From an uncultured virus (IMG/VR IMGVR_UViG_3300030085_003517) (taxonomy: Duplodnaviria > Heunggongvirae > Uroviricota > Caudoviricetes), in the IMG/VR virus record IMGVR_UViG_3300030085_003517: a stretch of 64,000 nucleotides of DNA. The stretch is one strand, 5' to 3'. A model generated the notes under the pieces. It was not told the origin of the DNA. It did not search any database and worked only from the letters and a program-made list of their open reading frames with translations. This document shows positions 49,868 through 57,423 of this stretch, piece by piece. Every line of letters starts with the position of its first letter. Within the stretch, counting starts at the first letter, position 1. Both the position numbers and the translations under genes were made by a program.

Positions 49868-49879
49868 TTGCTCTCGTTT

Positions 49880-49950
49880 CTTTGACTCTTATAGAATACA
49901 CGAAAACAGAGGCAGCACAACCATTAGTGTGCCACCTCTTTGACTGTCAC
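49880..49950 (-). promoter_or_regulatory. Early promoter cassette (24-bp repeat copy 1)
   Basis: GTGACAGT-N6-GGTGGCAC, then TCGTGTATTCTATAAGAGTCAAAG. Confidence 0.7.
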
Positions 49951-50219
49951 AATTTTCCTCCTACAACTCCAGAATTTATCACCCTAGTGTAATCTTTCAA
50001 CGTGCCATCTTGTTCGCACTTAAGGTGCCAACGTGTCATGGTGACAACACCATCTTTTGTGCCACCCGTCAACATATTTCGCCCATCTTTTGTCATCGTT
50101 GAGTATAATCCAAACCTAGTTTCCCAAACATAAAATACATCATCAACCAATTCTGCACCCTCTGGTACAACAACTGTTTTTTCTTCATTTTCATTTGTGG
50201 TGGGGGTAGTGTCAGTCAT
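49947..50219 (-). CDS. Hypothetical protein (90 aa)
   Basis: ORF track; ends VVGGKL. Confidence 0.75.
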   Translation of the reverse strand: MTDTTPTTNENEEKTVVVPEGAELVDDVFYVWETRFGLYSTMTKDGRNMLTGGTKDGVVTMTRWHLKCEQDGTLKDYTRVINSGVVGGKL

Positions 50220-50240
50220 AGAGGGTACAAGTAAGAATTA

Positions 50241-50444
50241 TCAGTTTTGTAAAGTAAAGTTATTCAGGAAAATAAACTCATATTTTCCATCTTCTGGATC
50301 ACGCTCATCAACAATCCACTCAGAATACACCGCTTTCATGTCATCGATGTTGTCATTATCTGCTGCTGTTTGTAAACACTGCATCAGAGTTTCTGACATG
50401 TTGTCGATGCAATACTCGCGCTCTAGATTCATGTCCATGGTCAA
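50241..50444 (-). CDS. Hypothetical acidic protein (about 65 aa)
   Basis: ORF track; ATG probably at 50438. Confidence 0.65.
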   Translation of the reverse strand: MTMDMNLEREYCIDNMSETLMQCLQTAADNDNIDDMKAVYSEWIVDERDPEDGKYEFIFLNNFTLQN

Positions 50445-50575
50445 GTGAAATTAGTTAGTGAATGGTAGACTGCTTCGATGTGCATGTTGCCCTTGAAGTA
50501 TCCTGCCACGATAACACATAACGTGGCAAAGATGCAACCGAGAAACATACAGACGTGAGGAATGTTACTACTTGA
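50441..50575 (-). CDS. Possible small membrane protein (..PHVCMFLGCIFATLCVIVAGYFKGNMHIEAVYHSLTNFT); start uncertain
   Basis: Hydrophobic segment fills the gap between neighbours; no clear ATG. Confidence 0.4.
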   Translation of the reverse strand, partial: SSSNIPHVCMFLGCIFATLCVIVAGYFKGNMHIEAVYHSLTNFT

Positions 50576-51041
50576 TGTAGAGGTATCCTCCTGCCCAGTC
50601 ACATCGTTTGAGGCATTCTTCTCGGGAGTTGTCATCAACTAGATTGTAACGAATGATTTTAGCAGGTGCTTTCCACGATGCTGGTTTATATACATCGCCA
50701 GTGTTTTTGTCGATGAATGCATGAACGGACTGTGATCCATTTCCACGCATACGATGAATGATTTTGATATACTTTCGACCAGTCTCAGTATAAAACTCAT
50801 GATCAACACCTTGAGTGTCAATCTCATGAATTTTGCGAATGTGATAAGCACGCTCATATTCTTTGTCACCTTTGAAACTATCACTTTCGATGTGATCAAT
50901 TGCATTGCCATGATAACGCAACTGCTGATACTTCACGTCTTCATAGAGAGCACCACAAAGGGTGATTGCGTGTTGTTGGATGTCAGCGACCATTTGATCT
51001 TTCATTGGTTTGGTGTCACAGAATTCAGCGAAAGTTGCCAT
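50568..51041 (-). CDS. Conserved phage hypothetical protein (157 aa)
   Basis: GRKYIKI...SVHAFIDKNTGDVYKPASWKAPAK...DWAGGYLY motif. Confidence 0.8.
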   Translation of the reverse strand: MATFAEFCDTKPMKDQMVADIQQHAITLCGALYEDVKYQQLRYHGNAIDHIESDSFKGDKEYERAYHIRKIHEIDTQGVDHEFYTETGRKYIKIIHRMRGNGSQSVHAFIDKNTGDVYKPASWKAPAKIIRYNLVDDNSREECLKRCDWAGGYLYIK

Positions 51042-51229
51042 CAGAAAGGGTTACTCCAGGACTCGTATTGTTTCATGGTGATGTCACCATTTTTGCAGAG
51101 CATGTCGGTGAAGTCACCGAATGCAATACGCTTGCGGATCTTATCAGTTTTGTAAGAAGGATTGGCGATGCATTCTACCTTCCAGAGATAACGAAACTGA
51201 TCAAGAACTTGTGCTTTGGTGTGGCGCAT
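51041..51229 (-). CDS. Hypothetical early protein (62 aa, MRHTKAQVL...WSNPF)
   Basis: Start reassigned to lie after the promoter cassette. Confidence 0.75.
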   Translation of the reverse strand: MRHTKAQVLDQFRYLWKVECIANPSYKTDKIRKRIAFGDFTDMLCKNGDITMKQYESWSNPF

Positions 51230-51235
51230 GGTTGC

Positions 51236-51310
51236 TTTCCTTTGACTCTTATAGAATACACGAGAACGGGACCAAATCAACCGATAGTGGACACCTAGGC
51301 AGGTGTCACA
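51236..51310 (-). promoter_or_regulatory. Early promoter cassette (24-bp repeat copy 2)
   Basis: GACACCT-N4-AGGTGTC inverted repeat plus CAC, TTGATT -35, TATTCT -10. Confidence 0.7.
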
Positions 51311-51450
51311 TCCCATTCGTCGGTGGGCACCATTGTTTTAATTATGTGCTCAACATTGTCGATGCCATATACAACAACTGATTGTGTTGATGTAAATCCA
51401 TTGACTTTCTTTTGGCGCTTCCATGATACACGCCAGCGATCATTTGCCAT
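51295..51450 (-). CDS. Hypothetical protein (51 aa, MANDRWRVSW...)
   Basis: Start reassigned. Confidence 0.6.
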   Translation of the reverse strand: MANDRWRVSWKRQKKVNGFTSTQSVVVYGIDNVEHIIKTMVPTDEWDVTPA

Positions 51451-51556
51451 AAACGATGTCATTGATAACTTCATCTTCACTACCGAGCACATCACTGACC
51501 CAAGCATCTTCTTCTACTTGAATCATGTCGTTGTTGTCCCACTGAATGTCATCCAT
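51440..51556 (-). CDS. Small acidic peptide (38 aa, MDDIQWDNNDMIQVEEDAWVSDVLGSEDEVINDIVYGK)
   Basis: Translated manually; fills the gap. Confidence 0.55.
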   Translation of the reverse strand: MDDIQWDNNDMIQVEEDAWVSDVLGSEDEVINDIVYGK

Positions 51557-51557
51557 G

Positions 51558-51776
51558 TCAAACATTGTAACCGAATCCTCCATTTTGAATTTGACGAATT
51601 TGCTCTCTAGTTTCAAGAGCAGTGCGAAGAGATCGCTTCATAAAATGCACCTCTTCTAGTTTGTATTGTTGTGCTCCCTCATATGTTTCAGAGAAAGCAA
51701 TTGCTTTTTTAAGTTGTCTGATTTGTTTGTCAATTGACTGCGCTTGATTGCGCTGAAGATTAGTTTGTGAGATCAT
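51558..51776 (-). CDS. Hypothetical protein (72 aa)
   Basis: ORF track; TGATG coupling. Confidence 0.65.
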   Translation of the reverse strand: MISQTNLQRNQAQSIDKQIRQLKKAIAFSETYEGAQQYKLEEVHFMKRSLRTALETREQIRQIQNGGFGYNV

Positions 51777-51943
51777 CAGAATACGTTAGTCCATTTAGTG
51801 TGATTTGCTTTTGTGATTCTACCCTCTGCCAACATATTGTCGCAGACATTAGCAAAGACTTGAAACTTTTCCTCTCTTGTGAGTGCGCTACCAGTTGCAC
51901 AAGTTTTGATAACGTTGAGCAATTGTGCTTTGGAATTGATCAT
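51776..51943 (-). CDS. Hypothetical protein (55 aa, MINSKAQLL...WTNVF), not in the ORF track
   Basis: Translated manually; coupled on both sides; resembles 51041..51229. Confidence 0.7.
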   Translation of the reverse strand: MINSKAQLLNVIKTCATGSALTREEKFQVFANVCDNMLAEGRITKANHTKWTNVF

Positions 51944-52128
51944 TCTAGCAGAGAAATGTCGTAGGAGGTGAAGTTAGGATACTGTTTTTCTACCCATTTG
52001 GATAGTTTATTATTCTGTGATTTGATGCCCTTATGTGTCTTTGGACGTGTGGGCATGTCCTTCAAGAATGACAGCGATCCTTCTGGTGTTGTTACTTGGA
52101 TCTGATAAGTTGCTGTTGTTGTTTGCAT
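51940..52128 (-). CDS. Hypothetical protein (62 aa)
   Basis: ORF track. Confidence 0.7.
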   Translation of the reverse strand: MQTTTATYQIQVTTPEGSLSFLKDMPTRPKTHKGIKSQNNKLSKWVEKQYPNFTSYDISLLE

Positions 52129-52140
52129 CAGTCGTCGTAA

Positions 52141-52290
52141 TTACCCTCCGTAGTTGTCATCCATAAAGGCAGAGTCTTGTCCTCGCCCATCATCCTCTGT
52201 GCCAAACATTTCATGCCAGAGGTCAAGGTTGCCAGTGATTTTCGCAACTTCTTTCGTGTTTTCAAGGAAATCATCGGTGTTAGTTTGCAT
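52141..52290 (-). CDS. Small acidic protein (49 aa, MQTNTDDFLENTKEVAK...)
   Basis: Translated manually; TGATG coupling. Confidence 0.6.
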   Translation of the reverse strand: MQTNTDDFLENTKEVAKITGNLDLWHEMFGTEDDGRGQDSAFMDDNYGG

Positions 52291-52454
52291 CAGAAGTGTG
52301 CCTCAGAGGTGTCAAGTTTGTCAGACCATTTTGCAATGGCATCATAACATTTTTTGTAATCTACAAAATCAGGACCAAACTCATGAAGAAAGTGAAAAGA
52401 ATAGTTGATACGATTCTCGGGGATTGAGAGGTGCTTTGCGACTTTCGCGTCCAT
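52290..52454 (-). CDS. Hypothetical early protein (54 aa, MDAKVAKHL...)
   Basis: Start reassigned to lie after the promoter cassette. Confidence 0.7.
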   Translation of the reverse strand: MDAKVAKHLSIPENRINYSFHFLHEFGPDFVDYKKCYDAIAKWSDKLDTSEAHF

Positions 52455-52460
52455 GGTGTG

Positions 52461-52536
52461 TTTCCTTTGACTCTTATAGAATACACGAGATCCGCCCCGT
52501 TTCAACCGATAGTGGACACTTCATTCAACTGGCACA
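52461..52536 (-). promoter_or_regulatory. Early promoter cassette (24-bp repeat copy 3)
   Basis: GTGCCAGT-N6-AAGTGTCCAC, TTGAAA -35, TATTCT -10. Confidence 0.7.
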
Positions 52537-53366
52537 AGGGAGGTCAGTAGGTGAGGTGCGCTTGATTTAGCACGAGCGAGACACATTTCATGGTATTCAG
52601 TATCAATTTCAAAACCGATGAAGTTTCTACCTTCTTCGATGCACATTTGTGCTGTTGTGCCTGCTCCCATGAAAGGATCGATGATTAAATCACCTTTATT
52701 GCTCCATGTTTGGATGTGTCCTCGTGCTAATTCTTCAGGCATAGTAGCAGGATGCTTGTAAGATTCTTTGGATGACTGACCAAAACCACCACTATTCTTG
52801 ATCTTCCAAATGTTAGTCCTCACACCATATTCTCTGATTGCTTTACTCTTCTTGCCAGGATCATTGAAGGTGCCATCCTTCTTCCTGGTGACAGCATTGC
52901 CAAACGAAGTATATCCTGCCCACTTATTCTTCTTGTCTTGAATGAGGTTAATGGTCTTAGGTTTGCCCTTGGATAGTATGAAACAATACTCAAAGATCTG
53001 AGTATATCTTACACTCTTAGGACCAGATGCAAATGCTGTGCCTGTCTTTTCATATATCATAGTATCATGCAAACGCATACCATGTGCATCCATAAAGTGT
53101 AAGCACTGACGAAAACTACTGCCAGTTTCACTACCTTTTACCGTGGCATCATTGACATTCCACATAATAATACCGCCAGGTTTTAGCACTCGTGCTAATC
53201 CAGCAGCGACATCTTTGAAGACGTTAAAATCCCATTTACTACTATCATTGTAGGTCCTGAGATCATCATAGGGAGGAGATGTGATGCAGAGGTCTACACT
53301 CTCTGCATCCATTTGTTGCATCCCATCGACACAACTCATCAAATATGTGGTGTTAATATCAAGCAT
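52521..53366 (-). CDS. Beta-class amino-DNA methyltransferase (m4C or m6A), 281 aa
   Basis: Catalytic ITSPPY near the N-terminus, HPA..P, SAM-binding IDPFMGAGTT and IGFEID near the C-terminus. Confidence 0.92.
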   Translation of the reverse strand: MLDINTTYLMSCVDGMQQMDAESVDLCITSPPYDDLRTYNDSSKWDFNVFKDVAAGLARVLKPGGIIMWNVNDATVKGSETGSSFRQCLHFMDAHGMRLHDTMIYEKTGTAFASGPKSVRYTQIFEYCFILSKGKPKTINLIQDKKNKWAGYTSFGNAVTRKKDGTFNDPGKKSKAIREYGVRTNIWKIKNSGGFGQSSKESYKHPATMPEELARGHIQTWSNKGDLIIDPFMGAGTTAQMCIEEGRNFIGFEIDTEYHEMCLARAKSSAPHLLTSLVPVE

Positions 53367-53967
53367 CGAGAGTTTCGTATTCAGAGTGGATATACTTTTT
53401 AGCGTTACGGATGCTGCCGTAAATCACCTCAATCTTAGCACAATCTTGGGTGAGAATCTTCAGTGAAGAAAATCCGTTGTTATTCTTACCACGAGTCGTC
53501 ACAGTATCATCCCAACCACTACCATCTGAGAGGTTGGGGACATCAATTAGTGCTGCAAAGCATGAGGTGAAGATGTTACCAACGTTTTGCAGTTTCATGA
53601 CAAAGTGAATATAGTCCTTCACTTTGCTGTGGTTGTTACCAGTGGCGAAAGAGTCAGTTGACTCCATCAGTGACATTTTGTCTTCAACTTTAAACTCAAT
53701 CTCTACACCATCCTCAACAACATTGATCTCAGTATCGAAACCATCTGCGTTGACAAAGTTATAATCAATGCCTAGTTTTTCTGCTGCTCTCTTGAATGCA
53801 ACTGGTTGGACATGTGACAGAAACTTAGTCTTATCAACTGTGCCACCCATGCCATCAAGATCTTTATCAATTACGTTGAGCATTTGAGTACAAATGCTTG
53901 TCATTTCGTTGAGAGCAACAGGAATCAACTGGCGATAAGTCTTGCCGAGAGTTGTAGTTGGTGCCAT
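53359..53967 (-). CDS. Putative PD-(D/E)xK restriction-endonuclease-like protein (about 202 aa)
   Basis: GFD...(E)xK-like ADGFDTEI..EIEFKVEDK; overlaps the MTase start by 8 nt; start reassigned to MAPTTT. Confidence 0.5.
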   Translation of the reverse strand: MAPTTTLGKTYRQLIPVALNEMTSICTQMLNVIDKDLDGMGGTVDKTKFLSHVQPVAFKRAAEKLGIDYNFVNADGFDTEINVVEDGVEIEFKVEDKMSLMESTDSFATGNNHSKVKDYIHFVMKLQNVGNIFTSCFAALIDVPNLSDGSGWDDTVTTRGKNNNGFSSLKILTQDCAKIEVIYGSIRNAKKYIHSEYETLDA

Positions 53968-53989
53968 GTGCTTTGTGTTGTATGAATAC

Positions 53990-54047
53990 AATATAAGGTA
54001 AAACGGGAGCAGAGTCAAGTGATGGTGGACAGTTTAGATAATGTCAC
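53990..54047 (-). promoter_or_regulatory. Early promoter cassette of the nuclease/MTase pair
   Basis: GTGACATT-N6-ACTGTCCAC, TTGACT-N17-TATATT. Confidence 0.75.
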
Positions 54048-54657
54048 CCATTGTATACTCTCTCTTCATCACTTTAAAGTTTCCACTAATAGTAACTCGA
54101 CGAGAGTCTGATTTGTTAGGTGACACGAAGTGACCATATTGCGATGGGAATATAATAACTTTGTGCTGAGTATTCTCTGGTGTAAGTATCTCAAAGTTTG
54201 GTAATTCTACCACATCATGCAATCCATTTGCACGATTGAATTGCCATTCAGTATCAAAGAAATTAAAATCATCTCCCTCACACCTATGGAAATAGACCAT
54301 GGATAGGTTACACGATGGCATCGAATGATTGTGAAATTCCTGATGCTCATGCTTATTATATTTGTTAATCCATAAACCATCAGGTTTAATATCTACCTCA
54401 CATTTCCATGACATTTCATCTAGAAACTTCTGGAAGGTAGGTCTAAGCACATCCAACCATTTTGACACAAGATAATTATCTTCACCTCTTTGTGTGGTTG
54501 ATGCTGTCATCATGCAAAACTTTGACCATTCTGGTTGCTCACCCCAGAAGGATTTATCATCTAGCAGAGGATCAATGATCTCTTTTGATTGTTTTATCTG
54601 TTCATCAGAAAAGGAATCCCAAAAATACCATTTGGGATTCCAATACTCAATAGTCAT
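54034..54657 (-). CDS. 2OG-Fe(II) oxygenase, TIGR02466-like (207 aa)
   Basis: WINKY...QEFHNH, IIFPSQYGHFV, RRVTISGNF. Confidence 0.8.
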   Translation of the reverse strand: MTIEYWNPKWYFWDSFSDEQIKQSKEIIDPLLDDKSFWGEQPEWSKFCMMTASTTQRGEDNYLVSKWLDVLRPTFQKFLDEMSWKCEVDIKPDGLWINKYNKHEHQEFHNHSMPSCNLSMVYFHRCEGDDFNFFDTEWQFNRANGLHDVVELPNFEILTPENTQHKVIIFPSQYGHFVSPNKSDSRRVTISGNFKVMKREYTMGDII

Positions 54658-54848
54658 CTATACAATTCAGTCAAATGTAATTTGTCAACGATAGACTCTA
54701 CCTCCTTCATTTTGTTAAGGTAGACTTTTTCTTCAATTAGTTTATCACCATAGTATCGTTTCTGCAAGTCAGAAACATACAAAAACAATGCATCCTTCAA
54801 AATCATTTTCTCGTCTTTATTAAGGAGAGCAGAGTGGAGTCCGATCAT
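54654..54848 (-). CDS. Hypothetical protein (64 aa, MIGLHSALL...)
   Basis: Start reassigned; TAATG coupling. Confidence 0.65.
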   Translation of the reverse strand: MIGLHSALLNKDEKMILKDALFLYVSDLQKRYYGDKLIEEKVYLNKMKEVESIVDKLHLTELYR

Positions 54849-55033
54849 TAGTCGTCGTGGCGGAGTGTTTTGAGGTAGTCCAACACATAAGAGCGAATGT
54901 ACATCAACTCGTGATAACACTTTTGATTGTGAGCACACTGACGCAGAGAGTGATCGGGTTTCAATACAGATTCCATGAATAAATCAAGTCCTCTGTTGAA
55001 TTTAACTGCCTGCGATTCGTTGTCGAAGTCCAT
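54848..55033 (-). CDS. Hypothetical protein (61 aa, CAHNQKC motif)
   Basis: ORF track. Confidence 0.7.
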   Translation of the reverse strand: MDFDNESQAVKFNRGLDLFMESVLKPDHSLRQCAHNQKCYHELMYIRSYVLDYLKTLRHDD

Positions 55034-55038
55034 GTAAT

Positions 55039-55158
55039 CTAGTCTTGTACTGTGTAGTCCAGGTCGTAGTCTACCTCAGATAAATCATCAAACTCAATTT
55101 CTTCAGATTCTCTTTGGAATTCTTCAGTGAGTTGTTGAAACATCTCGTCTTCATTCAT
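55039..55158 (-). CDS. Very acidic peptide (39 aa, MNEDEMFQQLTEEFQRESEEIEFDDLSEVDYDLDYTVQD)
   Basis: Translated manually; ATGA coupling, GAGGA RBS. Confidence 0.6.
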   Translation of the reverse strand: MNEDEMFQQLTEEFQRESEEIEFDDLSEVDYDLDYTVQD

Positions 55159-55349
55159 GTCCAATCCTCATTAGTGTCAAACGTATCCTTATACTTATTA
55201 CGTTTTTTGGGATCTTGTTTCATATTGTAGGAAGAAGAATCATCAAACTCCCAATTGCGATTAGTGCCACGTTGACGCTTGTCCCGAAGTGATTTACCTG
55301 GGGAATAGTAACCACGCTCGTTTCCACCGCGTCGGAATGTTTTACCCAT
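55155..55349 (-). CDS. Small basic protein (64 aa, MGKTFRRGG...)
   Basis: ORF track. Confidence 0.7.
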   Translation of the reverse strand: MGKTFRRGGNERGYYSPGKSLRDKRQRGTNRNWEFDDSSSYNMKQDPKKRNKYKDTFDTNEDWT

Positions 55350-55389
55350 GAGTCAGTTGTGAATGAATAATAAACTACTGTATTATATA

Positions 55390-55641
55390 TTAACGATCGA
55401 GAATGTTGTCGTTGTAGATACTGCGGTAGTCATCTTCCAACAGCATTTGCACTTCACTAGACATTTCGCCGTCATCTTGAGAGTTTTCTGGATATGTTTG
55501 CACTTCCAATTCTTCAAAGACGAAACCTACGCCATGCAGGAAATCTTGAGTCTTAGAAACTACGTCATCGAGATACATACCATCGAATTCTTTGCGGGTG
55601 AGGGTGCCATCCTCGTCTCGGCAAGTTAGAGTGAATTGCAT
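55390..55641 (-). CDS. Hypothetical acidic early protein (83 aa)
   Basis: First gene after a promoter cassette; QDFLHGVGF motif. Confidence 0.75.
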   Translation of the reverse strand: MQFTLTCRDEDGTLTRKEFDGMYLDDVVSKTQDFLHGVGFVFEELEVQTYPENSQDDGEMSSEVQMLLEDDYRSIYNDNILDR

Positions 55642-55658
55642 TGTCTTTATTTGTGGAC

Positions 55659-56234
55659 TTAATCACTATACAGCATATCTTTGGCAGTTGTCAACTGTTT
55701 GTGACACTCATTTTGCTGGCACAGTGACTCTCTCATGTCCAATGCCCAATCACTGTATGGACCATCTGCATCGACATACATTAACATTGCCTGCACATGT
55801 CTCTGTCCAGTGTAACGATCACGCCAGTGTGGGTATTCAATACCCTTGTAAATGCAGATGTCACCTACATTTAACTCCACTTCAATCTCATCATAATCCT
55901 TTGCAAAATGTAGTGCCCAAGGATCTTCTTTGTATAGGCAACATGTGACCGCCCATTCACTACTAGGACGGTCTGTGTGGCGTGGTAGGACACAATCATG
56001 CCCATATATCCTGCCATAAGAATAAGTGTGATACAGACGCTTCTTGACTACATCCTCAATCAATTCATGTGACTGGACTAACAGTGACTCAAGAAAGATT
56101 GGAGCATAATAACCAAATGCATTCTCTAATGTTGGGTCTCCAGGATATCCTAATGCCTTATTAAGTAAGTCCATGTTGATAGTCATCAGATCACAGACTT
56201 GCTTGGAGAGAGCGTTACGTACAATTTTAATCAT
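55659..56234 (-). CDS. 2OG-Fe(II) oxygenase (191 aa)
   Basis: LPRHTDRP (HxD), IYKGIEYPHWR. Confidence 0.8.
   Translation of the reverse strand: MIKIVRNALSKQVCDLMTINMDLLNKALGYPGDPTLENAFGYYAPIFLESLLVQSHELIEDVVKKRLYHTYSYGRIYGHDCVLPRHTDRPSSEWAVTCCLYKEDPWALHFAKDYDEIEVELNVGDICIYKGIEYPHWRDRYTGQRHVQAMLMYVDADGPYSDWALDMRESLCQQNECHKQLTTAKDMLYSD
55665..55722 (-). promoter_or_regulatory. Early promoter cassette embedded in the 3' end of the last oxygenase gene
   Basis: GTGCCAGC-N6-AGTGTCAC, TTGACA-N18-TATAGT. Confidence 0.75.
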
Positions 56235-56815
56235 AGTCCCAGATTCATGTTAATGACACAGCGATAGGGGTGCTTCTTTGTAAATGAAGATGCATGATAG
56301 TGTCTACCATCAAACACAACCAATCTCCCTTTCTTTGGTGTTACTCTCTTGGCAACAGTCCATTCATTTCTTCGTGTGATCATTTCATCTTCTTCATATG
56401 TGCGTGTCTCATTACGTTGCTCAAATATAAATGTGTCACCATCACAAGTGTTGACATAGTAGATAGCAACCAAGTGTGGCAACATGTTATCTACATGTGG
56501 TAGATGATGCTCCATTTTAGTATGAGGATTGCCCTGCACAAAGTTAAACCTCATGCGAACAAGTTCGTTAAATCTCACACCAGTCCTACCCGTGATGCTT
56601 AGCACCATTGGATACAATGTGGTGAAATACTTTGAGATCTGGTGCCGATCTTCATACAGTTGATGAGCAAAACCATTGACATTTTCATCATTGTCAAATA
56701 CATCACGAGGATCTACAATATTTTTTCTATAAAACAGAGGAAAATCCTCCTGCATTGTCAACTCATGAATGTAGTTTTGATAGTCCTTTTCAATTACATT
56801 ATCAATAACAATCAT
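56231..56815 (-). CDS. 2OG-Fe(II) oxygenase (194 aa)
   Basis: PHVD, YYVN..DGDT, FDGRHYHAS, RCVINMN. Confidence 0.82.
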   Translation of the reverse strand: MIVIDNVIEKDYQNYIHELTMQEDFPLFYRKNIVDPRDVFDNDENVNGFAHQLYEDRHQISKYFTTLYPMVLSITGRTGVRFNELVRMRFNFVQGNPHTKMEHHLPHVDNMLPHLVAIYYVNTCDGDTFIFEQRNETRTYEEDEMITRRNEWTVAKRVTPKKGRLVVFDGRHYHASSFTKKHPYRCVINMNLGL

Positions 56816-57423
56816 ACTGCCTCCCCAAAAAATACCATAGTCAATCGTGACGACTCTCTGTCATTACCAAAGAAATTATTTGCTGAGTGCCATGTCTTCG
56901 AGTTGAAGATATTGCAGCGGTTAAATCTATTCTCAACCACAATGTTTGGTGTCCATTTGTTTCTATGCTCCTCACGATACCTTTCGTATTTGTTATGCTC
57001 TTTTGGATCGTCAGAGTTTACCTCTAACCTAAACATTTCAGCATACTCTCTACCATTCACATCTGGTTGATAGTCATAAAATGTTGTGCCACATCCTTGA
57101 CGTTGTTGATCAGGATTCAGATAGATTAGACCAGCAACATTATACTTCACATCGTCATCATGCACCCACCCAGATCCATAAGACTCATCAATAATTTGAA
57201 ACCCTGCCTCAATATATCTGAATGTATCGTATTGCTTAGGTAAGAAACTCATCAGTTTGGCACAGAACTGATGAAAGAAAACATTGTCCAACTCATCTAC
57301 AAATTTGGTGCGTAATCCTGGCCAATTTCCTCTATCGCCCTTGAAAAACTCCTGCTGTAGTGCAAAGTTACGGACGAGAGTTGGATTCTCAAAGAAATTA
57401 TCAACAGTGATATTTGGTATCAT
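56812..57423 (-). CDS. 2OG-Fe(II) oxygenase, DUF6445-like (203 aa)
   Basis: VDNFFENP..VR, WPGLRT, WVHDD, GTTFY, NRCNIF...WHSA, RLT. Confidence 0.8.
   Translation of the reverse strand: MIPNITVDNFFENPTLVRNFALQQEFFKGDRGNWPGLRTKFVDELDNVFFHQFCAKLMSFLPKQYDTFRYIEAGFQIIDESYGSGWVHDDDVKYNVAGLIYLNPDQQRQGCGTTFYDYQPDVNGREYAEMFRLEVNSDDPKEHNKYERYREEHRNKWTPNIVVENRFNRCNIFNSKTWHSANNFFGNDRESSRLTMVFFGEAV

Noticed and set aside
52128..52145. Possible 1-nt insertion truncating 52141..52290 (alternative ending GNYDD coupled TGATG to the next gene)
   Set aside because: Affects only about 4 residues and cannot be distinguished from normal variation without homologues
49880..52519. 24-bp direct repeats as a CRISPR array or att sites
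   Set aside because: Spacing exceeds 1.2 kb with genes in between, the repeats are promoter cores, and there is no cas or integrase gene
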